From the NCBI GenBank assembly GCA_965199855.1, contig OZ241326.1:1120001-1184000 (forward strand): a DNA stretch of 64,000 nucleotides. Direction: 5' to 3'. A program made the translations under genes and the position numbers. Source of the DNA: a bacterium. GTDB lineage: Bacteria; UBA8248. Below, one piece after another: positions 21,604-33,060 of this stretch; the stretch's first letter is position 1; every line of letters begins with the position of its first letter. The notes beneath the pieces are model-generated. The model saw only the letters and a list, made by a program, of their open reading frames with translations. It was not told the DNA's origin and did not search any database.

Positions 21604-21688
21604 GATCTTGCGGCGCGCGGTCGAACGAGCGGGGAGCGCGGCTGAGCCTGCATGGAACCTTGATTGGATCGGATAAGGAGAAAGGCTG

Positions 21689-23611
21689 ATGTCAAAGGTC
21701 ATCGGAATCGATTTGGGCACCACCAACTCGGTCGTCTCGGTCATGGAGGGCGGGCAGCCCACGGTCATTTCCAACCAGGAGGGGAACCGCACGACGCCCA
21801 GCGTCGTGGCGTTCACGGACGACGACGAGAAGCTCGTCGGCCTCGTGGCCAAGCGCCAGGCGGTGACGAACCCGGTGAAGACCATTTACTCCGTCAAGCG
21901 CTTCATGGGCAGGCGCTTCGCCGAGGTGCCCGAGGAAGTCGTCATCGTGCCCTACGAGGTTGTGAAGTCGGACAACGGCGACGCGCGCATCAGGATCAGC
22001 GGCAAGGAGCACGCCCCGCCCGAAATATCGGCGAGCGTGCTGCAGAAGCTCAGGCAGGCGGCGGAGGACTACCTGGGGGAGAAGGTGACCGAGGCGGTCG
22101 TCACCGTGCCCGCCTACTTCAACGACAGCCAGCGTCAGGCGACGAAGGACGCCGGGAAGATCGCCGGCCTCAACGTCCAGCGCATCATCAACGAGCCGAC
22201 GGCGGCGGCGCTCGCCTACGGCCTCGACAAGAAGACGGATCAGACCATCGCGGTCTATGACTTCGGCGGCGGCACGTTCGACATCTCCATCCTCGAGGTG
22301 GGCGACAACGTGGTCGAGGTGAAGGCCACGAACGGCGATACGCACCTGGGCGGCGACAACATCGATCAGCGCGTCATCGAGTGGATGGCGGAGGAGTTCA
22401 GGAAAGATCAGGGAATCGACGTATCGGGCGACCCCATGGCGCTCCAGCGTCTGCGCGAGGAATCGGAGAAGGCGAAAATCGAGCTGTCGAGCTCCATGGA
22501 GACGGCGATCAACCTGCCGTTCATCACGGCGGACGCCTCGGGCCCCAAGCACCTGAACCTCAAGCTCACGCGCGCGAAGCTCGAGCAGCTGACGGGCGAT
22601 CTGGTGGAGAAGACGCTGGGCCCCTGCCGGCGCGCTCTCGACGACGCCAAGCTCCAGCCCGGAGACATCGACGAGGTGGTGCTGGTGGGCGGCTCCACGA
22701 GGATGCCCCTGGTGCAGGAGATGGTGGAGAAGTTTTTCGGAAAGGAGCCCCACAAGGGCGTGAACCCGGACGAGGTGGTGGCGGTCGGCGCGGGCGTGCA
22801 GGGCGGCGTGCTGGCGGGCGACGTCAAGGACGTTCTTTTGCTGGACGTCACGCCGCTTTCTCTGGGCATCGAGACCCTGGGCGGCGTGTTCACCAAGCTG
22901 ATCGAGCGCAACACGACGATACCGGTCAAGAAGAGCGAAATCTTCTCCACGGCGGCGGACAGCCAGCCCTCCGTCGAGGTGCACGTCCTCCAGGGAGAGC
23001 GCGAGATGGCCGCGGGCAACCGCGCTCTGGGCAAGTTCCATCTGGTCGGCATCCCTCCGGCGCCCCGGGGTGTTCCGCAGATCGAGGTGACCTTCGACAT
23101 CGACGCCAACGGCATCGTGAACGTCTCCGCCAAGGACCTCGGCACCGGAAAGGAGCAGGCGATCACGATCACGAGCTCGAGCGGCCTCTCCGAGGAGGAG
23201 ATCAACAATATGGTGTCCGAGGCGGACGAGCACGCCGAGGAGGACAAGAAGCGCCGCGAGGCCGTCGAGACGAGAAACGCGGCCGACAGCATGGCCTACA
23301 ACACGGAGAAGATGCTGAAGGAAAACGGGGAGAAGGTGCCCGAGGCGGACAGGAAGGAGATAGAAGAGGCCATCGCCGCGCTTCGGGCGGTTCTGGAGAA
23401 GGAAGACGCGGCGGCGGAGGAGATCGCGGAGGCGCAGTCGAAGCTCGAGGCGGCCTCGCACAAGCTCGCCCAGGCGATGTATGAGCAGGCGAGCCAGGGC
23501 GACGGCGCCGGGGGAGAGTCCGCCGGCGGGACGGACGGAGCGCCCGAGCCTCCTCCCGCGGGCGACGTGGTGGACGCGGAGTTCGAGGAGGTGGACAAGG
23601 ACAGGAAGTAG
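21689..23611 (+). CDS. dnaK: Chaperone DnaK
   Basis: [39 protein letters not shown]-terminal VDAEFEEV. Confidence 0.99.
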   Translation: MSKVIGIDLGTTNSVVSVMEGGQPTVISNQEGNRTTPSVVAFTDDDEKLVGLVAKRQAVTNPVKTIYSVKRFMGRRFAEVPEEVVIVPYEVVKSDNGDARIRISGKEHAPPEISASVLQKLRQAAEDYLGEKVTEAVVTVPAYFNDSQRQATKDAGKIAGLNVQRIINEPTAAALAYGLDKKTDQTIAVYDFGGGTFDISILEVGDNVVEVKATNGDTHLGGDNIDQRVIEWMAEEFRKDQGIDVSGDPMALQRLREESEKAKIELSSSMETAINLPFITADASGPKHLNLKLTRAKLEQLTGDLVEKTLGPCRRALDDAKLQPGDIDEVVLVGGSTRMPLVQEMVEKFFGKEPHKGVNPDEVVAVGAGVQGGVLAGDVKDVLLLDVTPLSLGIETLGGVFTKLIERNTTIPVKKSEIFSTAADSQPSVEVHVLQGEREMAAGNRALGKFHLVGIPPAPRGVPQIEVTFDIDANGIVNVSAKDLGTGKEQAITITSSSGLSEEEINNMVSEADEHAEEDKKRREAVETRNAADSMAYNTEKMLKENGEKVPEADRKEIEEAIAALRAVLEKEDAAAEEIAEAQSKLEAASHKLAQAMYEQASQGDGAGGESAGGTDGAPEPPPAGDVVDAEFEEVDKDRK

Positions 23612-23635
23612 CGCTCCTGCCCGGATGAGGACGAA

Positions 23636-24586
23636 ATGCCCAAGCGCGATTACTACGAGATTCTGGGAATCGATCGGAGCGCTTCGGAGGCGGAGCTCAA
23701 GCGCGCCTTCAAGAAGCTCGCGCGGAAATACCACCCCGACGTGAACCCGGGGGACAAGAAGGCGGAGGAGCGCTTCAAGGAGATCAGCGAGGCATACGCC
23801 GTTCTCTCGGACAAGGAGAAGCGCGGACGATACGACGCCATGGGCCATGCCGCTTTCGGCGGAGGGAGCCCCTGGGGCGAGGGCGGCGCCGCGCCCGGCA
23901 TGGAGGACATTCTGCGCGAGTTCGGCTTGGGCGACATTCTGGGAGGGATGTTCGGCGGCGGCCGCGCGGGACGCGGGGGCTTCGGCGCGCGGCCTCGGCA
24001 GCCCCGGCGCGGCCAGGATTTGAACTACTCCATGGAGATCGGCTTCGACGACGCCCTCAAGGGGCTCAACACCACCATCACCGTGCCCAAGACCGCGCAG
24101 ACGGACGGCGGAATCGAGCGCACCACCGAGCGCATTCAGGTGAAGATACCGCCCGGCGTCTCCAACGGCTCGCGCATTCGCCTGGCGGGGAAGGGGGAGT
24201 CTTCCCTGAACGGGGGAGCGCAGGGCGACCTCTTCATCGTGACGAAGGTGCGCGATCATCCCTTCTTCGAGCGCAAGGGGGACAACCTGTATCTCGAACT
24301 TCCCGTCACCCTCGGCGAGGCGCTGCTGGGCGCGCGCGTGGAGATCAACACCTTCGAGGGAGCGACGAAGATGACGATTCCCCCCTCCACCCAGAACGGG
24401 CAGGTTTTCAGGCTTCCGGGAAAGGGGGCTCCGAAGCTGAAGGGCTCCGGCCAGGGCGATTTATACGTCACCATCAGCGTCATGCTGCCGGAGAGGATGG
24501 ACGAGGAAAGCAAGGAGATCGTCCGCGAACTGGAGAGGCGCAACCCCGCGTCGCCGCGCGCGAACATGACGGGCGTGAGCCTGTAG
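23636..24586 (+). CDS. Class B J-domain protein (CbpA/DnaJ-like, no zinc finger)
   Basis: J domain with HPD, G/F-rich region, DnaJ_C domain, no CxxCxGxG repeats. Confidence 0.92.
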   Translation: MPKRDYYEILGIDRSASEAELKRAFKKLARKYHPDVNPGDKKAEERFKEISEAYAVLSDKEKRGRYDAMGHAAFGGGSPWGEGGAAPGMEDILREFGLGDILGGMFGGGRAGRGGFGARPRQPRRGQDLNYSMEIGFDDALKGLNTTITVPKTAQTDGGIERTTERIQVKIPPGVSNGSRIRLAGKGESSLNGGAQGDLFIVTKVRDHPFFERKGDNLYLELPVTLGEALLGARVEINTFEGATKMTIPPSTQNGQVFRLPGKGAPKLKGSGQGDLYVTISVMLPERMDEESKEIVRELERRNPASPRANMTGVSL

Positions 24587-24616
24587 GCGCAGGGCGAGCG
24601 CATCCGGGAGAGAAGC

Positions 24617-25024
24617 ATGGCGCGCAGAAGCGTGAGGAGCGGACGCTACACCATCGGCGCGGTGGCCGAGATGTTCGGCGTCCATCAGCAGACGCTCCGG
24701 CTCTATGAGCGCGAGGGGCTGATAGACCCCGGCCGCAGCGAGGGCCGGACGCGCTATTACTCGGAAGAGGATTTGGAGCAGCTCGAGGTCATTCTCGCGC
24801 TCACGCGGGACATGGGCGTGAATCTGGCGGGCGTCCAGGTCATCATCGAACTTCGCGAGAAGCTCATGCGGGCGCTCGAGCGCCTGGGCGAACTCGAAGA
24901 GCTGCTCGAGAGCCGCGCGTTCGAGGATTTCCGCGAGCGGATGAGCCGCGCGACGCCCGAGATGCGGGCCATGATCCCCGCGGTTTCGGCCAAGCTCGTT
25001 CGCTTCAGAAGGAGACGAGGATGA
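24617..25024 (+). CDS. hspR: HspR-like MerR-family regulator
   Basis: [26 protein letters not shown]…R…YS…GVNLAG, the HspR signature; directly after a CbpA-like gene. Confidence 0.8.
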   Translation: MARRSVRSGRYTIGAVAEMFGVHQQTLRLYEREGLIDPGRSEGRTRYYSEEDLEQLEVILALTRDMGVNLAGVQVIIELREKLMRALERLGELEELLESRAFEDFRERMSRATPEMRAMIPAVSAKLVRFRRRRG

Positions 25025-25878
25025 GTACGAACTCCATAAAGTCCTTTTTGCTGCTCGGCCTGCTGACGGGGCTGATTTTGCTCATCGGAAACCTCGTCGG
25101 CGGAACGGGCGGGCTGATCGTCGCCCTGCTCCTGGCCGTGGGGCTGAACGGATACAGCTACTGGTATTCGGACAAAATGGTTCTGGCCGCCACGGACGCG
25201 CGCGAGGTTCTGCCCGAGCACGCGCCGGAGCTCTACGGCATGGTGGCGGAGCTCGCGCGGCGCGCGAACCTGCCCATGCCGCGCGTCTACGTCATCCCCG
25301 AGAGCGCGCCGAACGCCTTCGCCACGGGACGAAACCCGGAGAACGCCGCCGTCGCCTTCACCGAGGGGATTCTGCGCGAGCTCGACCGCGAGGAGCTCGA
25401 AGGCGTGGCCGCGCACGAGCTCGCCCACGTCAGGAACCGCGACATTCTGCTGAGCACCATCGCCGCCTCCCTGGCGGGCGCCATCATGTATATCGCGCAG
25501 ATGGCGCAGTTCGCCGCTTTTTTCGGCGCCTACGGCAGGGATGACGAGGAGGAGGGCGGCGGAGGCCTGCTGGGAATCATCGTCGCCGCCATCGTGGCTC
25601 CCGTCGCGGCTACCCTGCTCCAGATGGCGGTGAGCCGCTCGCGGGAGTATCTGGCCGACGCCACCGGGGCGCGCATCGCCGGCGCGCCCGTCGGGCTGGC
25701 GAACGCCCTGCGCCGCCTGGACGCGGCCTCCCGCCGGGAGGAGCTCGCCTGCGCGAGCGAGGCGACGGCCCACATGTATATCGTCAACCCCCTTGCGGGC
25801 GGGGGGCTGGCGAGTCTGTTCAGCACGCACCCGCCGATGGAGGAGCGCATCCGGCGGCTGATGGAGATGAGATACTAG
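25021..25878 (+). CDS. htpX: Zinc metalloprotease HtpX
   Basis: [29 protein letters not shown] motifs. Confidence 0.95.
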   Translation: MSTNSIKSFLLLGLLTGLILLIGNLVGGTGGLIVALLLAVGLNGYSYWYSDKMVLAATDAREVLPEHAPELYGMVAELARRANLPMPRVYVIPESAPNAFATGRNPENAAVAFTEGILRELDREELEGVAAHELAHVRNRDILLSTIAASLAGAIMYIAQMAQFAAFFGAYGRDDEEEGGGGLLGIIVAAIVAPVAATLLQMAVSRSREYLADATGARIAGAPVGLANALRRLDAASRREELACASEATAHMYIVNPLAGGGLASLFSTHPPMEERIRRLMEMRY

Positions 25879-25899
25879 GCTTGGGGAGGAAGTCGTCGC

Positions 25900-26625
25900 A
25901 TGAAAGGCGAAAGAATCGAGAGCGGGACGGGCGATGAGGACGGGCTGAAGGCGAAAGCCCCCGCGGGAGAGCCGGAGCGCGCCGCGCCCGCTGAAGAGGA
26001 GGAGAAGGAAAAGCCGCGCGTCGTGGACAGGCGCCGCGTCAGGGAGGGCGGCGAAATCAGCGAGGAGGACGCGGAGGCGGCCGAGAGCGTCCCGCGCGTT
26101 CCCGCCTATGTCGAGCAGCTGCAGGCGAAAGTCGCCGCCGCCGAGGAGAAGCTCAGGCGGCACATCGAGCGAATCGACAAGGAGGCGGCTGACTTCCGGG
26201 CGCGCCAGGAGCGCGAAATGGAGCGCAGAACCCAGGAAGCGAAGCGGCAGGCGGTCTCCGGCTTTTTGGACATCGCCGATGATCTGGCGCGCGCCACGGC
26301 GGCCGCGGACGGCGGCGGGGGCGAGGGAGGATCGCTCGAAACCCTGGCGCAGGGGGTGCGGATGATTCAGGGCCGCTTCTTTCAGGAGCTGGCGAACCTG
26401 GGGGTGGAGCCTCTCGAGGCGGTGGGCGCCGCCTTCAACCCCGAGGAGCACGAGGCTGTACGGATGGTCGAGGTGAGCGATGAGGCGCGGGACGGCCTTG
26501 TGGTGGAGGAATTCTCCTGCGGCTACCGGCTGGGCGGCGCGATTCTGCGGCCCGCGCGCGTCTCGGTGGGCAAATACGCGGGCGAGCCGCCGGCGCAGGC
26601 TGTTGAACCGGACGCGCGCGCGTAG
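25900..26625 (+). CDS. grpE: Nucleotide exchange factor GrpE
   Basis: Coiled coil, FNPEEHEAV, GYRLGGAILRPARVSV. Confidence 0.92.
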   Translation: MKGERIESGTGDEDGLKAKAPAGEPERAAPAEEEEKEKPRVVDRRRVREGGEISEEDAEAAESVPRVPAYVEQLQAKVAAAEEKLRRHIERIDKEAADFRARQEREMERRTQEAKRQAVSGFLDIADDLARATAAADGGGGEGGSLETLAQGVRMIQGRFFQELANLGVEPLEAVGAAFNPEEHEAVRMVEVSDEARDGLVVEEFSCGYRLGGAILRPARVSVGKYAGEPPAQAVEPDARA

Positions 26626-26668
26626 TATCTTCGCGTGCTTCGATTGTCGGGATAGATAAAGGAAAAGC

Positions 26669-27793
26669 ATGAACGGGCGGGATTACTACGAGGTGCTGGG
26701 CGTCGGCCGCGACGCGAGCGACGCCGACGTCAAAAAGGCGTATCGCGCGCTGGCGATGAAGCATCACCCGGATCGCAACCCGGGCGACGCGAAGGCGGAG
26801 GAAGCGTTCAAGGAGGCGTCCGAAGCCTATCAGGTGCTGAGCGATCCCGCGAAGCGAAGCGCGTATGATCGCTTCGGCCACGACGGGCTTCGGGGGATGG
26901 GACATCAGGGATTCTCGAGCTTCGACGATATTTTCTCCTCGTTTGGGGACATTTTCGGGGATCTGTTCGGAGGAGCGTTCTCGGGAAGGAGCACCCGGCG
27001 CGGCGGGCCGCAGAAAGGCCGCGACCTCGCCTATCAGCTGGAACTGACCTTCGAGGAGGCGGCGGCGGGCGTCGAGCGCGAGATCGAGTTCGAGCGGCCG
27101 GCGGAGTGCGTCTATTGCGGCGGCAGCGGAGCCGAATCGCCCGACGCCATTCGCGCTTGCGCCTCCTGCGGCGGCAGCGGCCAGATGTCCTATCGCCAGG
27201 GGTTCGTCACCTATTCCACCACCTGCGCGGACTGCGGCGGCGCGGGCTCCGAAATCGTGGAGCGCTGCGCGGAATGCCGGGGCGCCGGACGCCGCCGGGA
27301 GCGGAGGAAGGTGAAGGTGAAGATTCCGCCCGGCGTGGACGAGGGCGCGAGGCTGCGCCTTCGGGAAGAGGGCGAAGGGGGGGCGAAGGGGGGGCCGGCG
27401 GGCGATTTGTTCGTCGTCGTCTCCCTGCTCGATCACGAGGAATTCGAGCGCGACGGGGCGGACGTGGCGAGTCGGGTGGGCGTCACGTTCTCCCAGGCGG
27501 CGCTGGGCGGCAGGATGAAGGTTCGGACGCTGCATGGAGAATCCGAGATCGAGATACCCCAGGGCGTGCAGTCCTCTGAAGTCATCCGGTTGAGAGGCGA
27601 GGGCTTCCCGCGCCTCGGCAGGAGCGGGCGCGGCGACCACATCTTCCTGGTGCATGTCCGGACGCCGACGAAGCTGACGCCGGACGAGGAGCGGCTGTTC
27701 GCCGAATTGTCGGAAATCGAGCGCGGGAAGGCGGAGAAGAACGGAGCCGGGGAAAAGGGTGTTTTCGATAGGCTGAGCTCTCTTTGGGGTTGA
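26669..27793 (+). CDS. dnaJ: Chaperone DnaJ (class A)
   Basis: HPD J domain plus four CxxCxGxG zinc-finger repeats. Confidence 0.97.
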   Translation: MNGRDYYEVLGVGRDASDADVKKAYRALAMKHHPDRNPGDAKAEEAFKEASEAYQVLSDPAKRSAYDRFGHDGLRGMGHQGFSSFDDIFSSFGDIFGDLFGGAFSGRSTRRGGPQKGRDLAYQLELTFEEAAAGVEREIEFERPAECVYCGGSGAESPDAIRACASCGGSGQMSYRQGFVTYSTTCADCGGAGSEIVERCAECRGAGRRRERRKVKVKIPPGVDEGARLRLREEGEGGAKGGPAGDLFVVVSLLDHEEFERDGADVASRVGVTFSQAALGGRMKVRTLHGESEIEIPQGVQSSEVIRLRGEGFPRLGRSGRGDHIFLVHVRTPTKLTPDEERLFAELSEIERGKAEKNGAGEKGVFDRLSSLWG

Positions 27794-27854
27794 GCGCGCG
27801 TTTGAATGAGGCGCGACGCCGCGGTTTTCGGCGCCCTTCATCGGAGGCTGATCG

Positions 27855-28373
27855 ATGGAAGATGAAAACGCAGAGCCCAAAGGATTCAAGGTTTCCGACC
27901 GAAGATTCTCCGTAAGGGGATACGAAGACGAGGAAGCGCCGGATTCGGGCAATGAGGGACGGCTCGTCTCTGTGAGCGACGCCCCTGTGAGCGCCGCGCC
28001 CGATGCCGTTCCGGCGTCGCCCGGGCCGCCCCCGGAGGGTGGGCCGGCCCCATTCGAGGCGGCTTCCGAACCGGAGTCCAAGGCGGAGACGCCGCCCGCC
28101 GAGCAGGATGCGGACGAGGGCGAGGAGGACAAGAGTTTTGAGATGCTCATCGCCATCGTGCAGTCCAACGCCTTGGCGGCGATGGGCATTCATCCCCAGA
28201 CGGGCGAGCGCGTCGGGGGGGCGGAGCCGAGGAGCTCCAAGATGTTCGTCGATCTGTTCGGCGTTCTCAAGGAGAAGACGAAGGGCAATCTTGCGCCCGA
28301 GGAGGAGCAGCTTCTGAATCAGGTTCACTCGGATCTGCAGATGGTATATGTTCGGGAGGTAGGGTTCGGGTAG
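27855..28373 (+). CDS. DUF1844-family protein
   Basis: GFKVSDRR N-terminus, low-complexity linker, C-terminal …DLFGVLKEKTKGNLAPEEEQLL…LQMVYV. Confidence 0.75.
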   Translation: MEDENAEPKGFKVSDRRFSVRGYEDEEAPDSGNEGRLVSVSDAPVSAAPDAVPASPGPPPEGGPAPFEAASEPESKAETPPAEQDADEGEEDKSFEMLIAIVQSNALAAMGIHPQTGERVGGAEPRSSKMFVDLFGVLKEKTKGNLAPEEEQLLNQVHSDLQMVYVREVGFG

Positions 28374-28452
28374 GCTCGACCGCTCCCCGGGATTGCCGGG
28401 TGGATCGCTTTCCTCGCTCCTCATCTTTTCATGCCTCACGCCGGGAGGTTCC

Positions 28453-28728
28453 ATGGCCGCGTCAACGACTTACGACGAAATGTTTGAAGAGGTGCTCGGC
28501 GTCGTCAAAAACCGCTTTTTGCTCTCGGTGCTGCTCGCCAAGCGGGTCGCGCAGCTCAGGCGGGGAGCGGAGCCCCTGGTTCCCGCGCAGCCCCAGGAGA
28601 CGCCCGAGCAGATCGTGTTCCGGGAAATCATCGAAGAGAAACTGGAGTGGAGAAAGAGCGCGGCGGCCCTTGATCTGACGGATGCGGATCACGGCTTCGA
28701 GGACGGCGGCTTCGACGACGGAGAATAG
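28453..28728 (+). CDS. rpoZ: RNA polymerase omega subunit
   Basis: NRFLLSVLLAKRVAQL…GAEPLV…REI; GGAGG RBS before the ATG at 28453. Confidence 0.85.
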   Translation: MAASTTYDEMFEEVLGVVKNRFLLSVLLAKRVAQLRRGAEPLVPAQPQETPEQIVFREIIEEKLEWRKSAAALDLTDADHGFEDGGFDDGE

Positions 28729-28769
28729 CCGCGCCCGGACTCCGGGCCGCCGCTCGGCCGGACGGCTTT

Positions 28770-29921
28770 CTATCGCTTTCTGAGAAACTCGCCCACTTTC
28801 TCCAGGCCGGCCTCGATGTTCCCGATAGAGTTGCAGTAGGAGAATCGAAGAAATCCCTCCCCCGCCGGGCCGAAATCCGCCCCCGGCGCGACCGCCACGC
28901 CGGTGGCCTCCAGAATCTCCTTGGCCAGCGCCAGGCTGTTCGCGCCATGCTCGCGCGCGTCGGCGAAGGCGTAGAACGCGCCCGTGGGCTCGTGAAGCAT
29001 TTCGAGGCCGATCTCCTGGAGGCGCGCGATCATGATTTTGCGCCTTTCATCGTAAATCCCGCGCATCCGCTCCGCCTCCGGCAGGCCCTCCCTCAGGGCG
29101 GCGATCGCCGCGCGCTGGACGAAGGCGTTCGCCGAAACGAAGTAGTTTTGCTGAAGTATCTCGAGGGGGCGGACGTATTCCGGCGGGACGATGAGATAGC
29201 CGATGCGCCAGCCCGTCATGGCGAAATACTTCGAGAAGCCGTTGATGATGAAGCAGCTCTCAGAAAACTCGAGCGCCGTGCATTCCGCCTCCCCGTAGCT
29301 GAGGCCGTGGTAGATCTCATCGGATACGATGGGCTTTCCCAGCGCCGAGAGCGCCTCCATCTCCCGCCGGGACAGCGACGCGCCCGTGGGGTTCGAGGGC
29401 GAGTTGACGAGGATGGCCCTGGTTTTCGGGGTGATGAGGCCGCGGACGGCGTCCGCCTCCGGCGCGAAGCCGTTCTCCGCGCGGGTCGGCGCCAGCACGG
29501 GCTTCCCGCAGGCGGAGAGGATGAAGGCCGGGTAGCAGGCGTAGTGCGGGTCCGAAATGATGATCTCCTCGCCCGCTTCGATGAGCGCGGAGAAGAGGGT
29601 CAGCATTCCGGGGCTGGTGCCGTTCGTCACCACCACGCGCTCCGGCGATATGGAAACCCCGTATTTCCCGCGATAAAAATCCGCTATCGCCTCGCGCAGT
29701 TCGGGAAGCCCCAGCGCCGTCGTATAGTGGGTATGGCCGGCGCGCAGCGCGCTTTCGGCCGCGCGGGTGACGACCTCGGGCGTGTCGAAATCAGGTTCGC
29801 CCACCTCGAGATGGATGACCTCGCGGCCCTCGGCCTCCAGCTGTTGGGCGCGCTCGAGGATGTCCATCACCAGGAAGGGCTTGATGCCGGAGATGCGCGC
29901 TGGCAGGGGGGGCTTCGTCAT
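28770..29921 (-). CDS. Class I/II PLP-dependent aminotransferase
   Basis: LEVGEPDF, NSPSNPTG, SDEIY, GFSKYFAMTGWRIG (PLP Lys). Confidence 0.95.
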   Translation of the reverse strand: MTKPPLPARISGIKPFLVMDILERAQQLEAEGREVIHLEVGEPDFDTPEVVTRAAESALRAGHTHYTTALGLPELREAIADFYRGKYGVSISPERVVVTNGTSPGMLTLFSALIEAGEEIIISDPHYACYPAFILSACGKPVLAPTRAENGFAPEADAVRGLITPKTRAILVNSPSNPTGASLSRREMEALSALGKPIVSDEIYHGLSYGEAECTALEFSESCFIINGFSKYFAMTGWRIGYLIVPPEYVRPLEILQQNYFVSANAFVQRAAIAALREGLPEAERMRGIYDERRKIMIARLQEIGLEMLHEPTGAFYAFADAREHGANSLALAKEILEATGVAVAPGADFGPAGEGFLRFSYCNSIGNIEAGLEKVGEFLRKR

Positions 29922-30135
29922 CTTGCGGGGCCTCCCTGGTCCGCGCGGGTGAAATCCCTCGCGCAAGGGATTTCGCGGGCGGTTGCCCACCTGCAAGGCT
30001 AGTGATAAACTTCGCTCAGTTCAAGAGACAGGCGGGATTTTCCGACGCGTCGCCGCGCGGAGGATCCCGAGGCTTTCCGCCCCCGATCCTTTTTCCCGAA
30101 CCGGATGCGGGGCTCCGCGAGAAAAGGGGAGTCCT

Positions 30136-30429
30136 TTGACGAAAATCGACATCATCAACCTCGTGTCGGACGACACGGGCCTCAGCAAGGTGAAGGCGGA
30201 AGAAGCGGTTGAGACGATCATCGACACGATCAAGGAGTCGCTGCGGAACGGGGACTCCGTCATCCTGAGGCGCTTCGGCTCCTTCCAGGTGCGGGCGAAG
30301 AACGCCCGCGTGGGGCGCAACCCGAAGACGGGAGAGGAAGCCTCCATCAGCGCGCGCAAGGTCGTGCGCTTCAAGGCGGGCAAGCACTTCAAGGAGGCGG
30401 TGAACGGCGCCGAGGTGACGTTCTATTGA
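30136..30429 (+). CDS. HU/IHF-family DNA-binding protein
   Basis: TTG start after AAGGGGAG; FGSF, GRNPKTGE, FKAGK. Confidence 0.92.
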   Translation: MTKIDIINLVSDDTGLSKVKAEEAVETIIDTIKESLRNGDSVILRRFGSFQVRAKNARVGRNPKTGEEASISARKVVRFKAGKHFKEAVNGAEVTFY

Positions 30430-30451
30430 CCTTGTTCCGCCCGGACGCCGG

Positions 30452-31483
30452 CTAGCCCATCAGCATGGCGTCTCCGTAGCTGTAGAACCGGTAGCCTTCC
30501 CGAACGGCCTCGGCGTAGGCGCGCAGAAGTCTCTCCCTTCCCGCGAAGGCCGCCGCGAGCACGAGCAGGGTCGAGCGCGGCAGGTGGAAGTTCGTCAGTA
30601 GCATGTCCGTCATCCGAAAGCGGAACCCCGGCCGGATGAACAGGCGCGCGCTGAACTCTCCCGGCTTCAGGATTGCGCCCCGCGCCGCCGCCTCGATATG
30701 CGCGGATTCCAGCGCCCGCACCACCGTCGTCCCCACGGCCAGGAGGCGCCCGCCGCCCGCCTTCGTCTCGTGGATGGCGGAGACGGCCTCCTCCGTCAGG
30801 ACGCACGCTTCCGGCTCCATCTCGTGTTCTTCGATGTTTTCCGCCTGAACGGGCCGGAACGTTCCGGCCCCCACGTGGAGGGTGAGCCTGGCGGCGCGGA
30901 CGCCCGCGTCTGATATCTCCTTCAGCATTTTCGCGCTCAGGTGCAGGCCCGCCGTCGGGGCGGCCGCCGCCCCCGGGTTTCGCGCGAAAACGGTTTGATA
31001 GCGCTCCTTGTCGATGGCCTCGGCGCCTCTGCCCAGATAGGGCGGAATCGGCATCTCTCCAAAGGATTCCAGCCATTCGGGGAGATCGCGCGAGGAGGAG
31101 AATTCGAGCTCCCGCTCCCGGCCCGGAGGCCCGAGAACGGCGCGATGCGCCTCGTCGAAGACGATGGTTTCCCCTTCTTTCAGGGGACGATTGGCGCGCG
31201 CCATGGCGCGGAACCTCCCGGGGGAGAGCTGCTCGAGCAGCAGCACTTCCGCCCGCCCGCCGCTTTCGCGCCTGCCGCGAAGTCTCCAGGGGTTCACCTT
31301 CGTTTCGTTCAGGACGAGCAGATCGCCGGGACGCAGAAGGCGCGGCAGGTCGGCGACGCCGAGATGCTCAGCCGCTTCGCCCGCTTCGGGGAGATGAAGG
31401 AGTCTGGCGTCTTCCCGGTTCGGCGGCGGGTATCGGGCGATGAGGCTCCGGGGCAGGCGGTAGTCGAAATCGGCCAGTTTCAT
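30452..31483 (-). CDS. queA: tRNA preQ1 S-adenosylmethionine ribosyltransferase-isomerase
   Basis: DFDYRLP, PIPPY, YQTVFA, AAPTAGLH, TLHVGAGTF, TNFHLP, YRFYSYGDA. Confidence 0.97.
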   Translation of the reverse strand: MKLADFDYRLPRSLIARYPPPNREDARLLHLPEAGEAAEHLGVADLPRLLRPGDLLVLNETKVNPWRLRGRRESGGRAEVLLLEQLSPGRFRAMARANRPLKEGETIVFDEAHRAVLGPPGRERELEFSSSRDLPEWLESFGEMPIPPYLGRGAEAIDKERYQTVFARNPGAAAAPTAGLHLSAKMLKEISDAGVRAARLTLHVGAGTFRPVQAENIEEHEMEPEACVLTEEAVSAIHETKAGGGRLLAVGTTVVRALESAHIEAAARGAILKPGEFSARLFIRPGFRFRMTDMLLTNFHLPRSTLLVLAAAFAGRERLLRAYAEAVREGYRFYSYGDAMLMG

Positions 31484-31517
31484 GCGCTTCACGAAGAAGG
31501 ATTCACTGCCCCGCGGC

Positions 31518-32354
31518 TTAGCGCCTTTCGACCGCTTCATCGGGACGTGAGGGAGCGATGTCCGCCTGCGCCCCGACTTTTTGTTCCGGGTGGAAGAGCT
31601 TCCACATCGCCTGCCGCAGAACGCCCCGCATCACCCGAATCTCCCTCTCGTCCGGCCCGAGCCTGTCAAGCATCCTCCGAAACGCGCGCGCCACGCGGTC
31701 CGGATCGTTGTGGGGGACGAAGCCTATCCGCGCCATGGATTCCAGCAGATGATCCACGAGGCCCTCGATTTCCTCGCGCGAGGCGCGCCGGCGCTCTTCC
31801 GGATGGTTCGGTCGCCCGCCGTCCGCCAGGGGCGGAACTCCCGCCTGTTCCGCGCTGAAAAGCTCCCACAGAACGACCAGGACGGCCTGGGAGAGATTGA
31901 ACGATTCGCCGCCGGGCAGGGCCGGGATGATCAGCCTCTCCTGGCACAGGCTCAGCTCCTCCGTGAACAGGCCTTTGTCCTCCGGTCCGAACACCAGTCC
32001 GACCTTCATGGCGGAGGCGCGTTCGAGCAGGACGGCCGCGCCTTCGCGCGGACGCATGGTGGGCTGGCGCTTTCTGCCCAGCCGCCTCGTGGCGCCGACC
32101 AGCCAGCCGCAATCCTGCGACGCCTCGCGCAGGCTGGCGAAGTGCTCCGCTTCGGCCAGGAGCGGCTGCGCGCTCATGGCCATCGAGCGCGCCTCCACGC
32201 TTTTGACGTCGCATCGGGGCGCGACGAGGCGCAGGGCCGATGCGCCGAAGTGCGACATGACGCGCGCGACGGCGCCCACGTTGCGCGCGCCCTTCGGGCG
32301 CACGAGGATGACTGCGAAATCGGCGCGCTCTTCCGGGGAAACAGGCTCGTCCAT
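31518..32354 (-). CDS. TrmJ/TrmH-family SPOUT RNA methyltransferase
   Basis: NVGAVARVM, VFGPEDKGL, SFNLSQAV; start ATG at 32354. Confidence 0.9.
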   Translation of the reverse strand: MDEPVSPEERADFAVILVRPKGARNVGAVARVMSHFGASALRLVAPRCDVKSVEARSMAMSAQPLLAEAEHFASLREASQDCGWLVGATRRLGRKRQPTMRPREGAAVLLERASAMKVGLVFGPEDKGLFTEELSLCQERLIIPALPGGESFNLSQAVLVVLWELFSAEQAGVPPLADGGRPNHPEERRRASREEIEGLVDHLLESMARIGFVPHNDPDRVARAFRRMLDRLGPDEREIRVMRGVLRQAMWKLFHPEQKVGAQADIAPSRPDEAVERR

Positions 32355-32654
32355 AGGCGCTGAAGTCAGGTCGCTTCCGAAAACGGGGAACTTTCGGTTC
32401 TCTCGCGCGATGCGTCCCGGCCGGCAACGGACGGCTCCCGATCCGCCGCCTCCGCGCGGGCGCGCGCCTTCCCTTCTCATAGCATGAAGGAGGACGGTTG
32501 TCATAAACGGAACCGGATTCTCTCGCCGACGAGGTTTGATTTTCGCGGGTCGGCGCTTCTCGCAAGCTTTTGAAGCCCCTTGACGGAAGAATTTCCGCCA
32601 ATGCCGGGGCGGCGCGGTGTCATCCGCTTCGTTTTGGCGTAATATGGGCGCGCC

Positions 32655-33047
32655 ATGAATTCCGACATGACCCGAACGTTCGAGCGCGGAAACCTGCACG
32701 ATCTGGCGGCCTTCCTCGTGACGCCCGCCCGTTCGGGCATCTTCCTCACGAGAAGCCGCATTCGCGGCCTGGCGCGGGAGATGGGGTTGCGCGCGGGCGT
32801 TCAGAACCGCGCCAGAATGCTGGAAAACCTCTTTCGGGAGGCCGGGTCGGACGGTCGGGCGGGGGAGCTGCTCCAGCGGCTGGATGAGATCGCGGGCCAG
32901 AGCCTCGCTCAATATCGCGCCTGGGCGAAGGCGTGCCCTCCCGCGAAAGGCGCATGGCGCGAGTGGTCGAAAAAAGCGCGCGCGCTCAGGCGCCACCTCG
33001 CGGAGGCGCGGAAGTGGGCGAGCGCCATGAAGGAGGACGCTCCCTAG
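32655..33047 (+). CDS. Hypothetical protein (predicted helical)
   Basis: 130-aa ORF filling the gap between the methyltransferase and the TorD-like gene, with normal GC3 bias; no motif recognised. Confidence 0.6.
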   Translation: MNSDMTRTFERGNLHDLAAFLVTPARSGIFLTRSRIRGLAREMGLRAGVQNRARMLENLFREAGSDGRAGELLQRLDEIAGQSLAQYRAWAKACPPAKGAWREWSKKARALRRHLAEARKWASAMKEDAP

Positions 33048-33060
33048 AGGTGCTTCGGGT

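Noticed and set aside
21604-21688. HAIR or CIRCE operator upstream of dnaK
   Set aside because: No TTAGCACTC-N9-GAGTGCTAA or CTTGAGT-N7-ACTCAAG match is visible.
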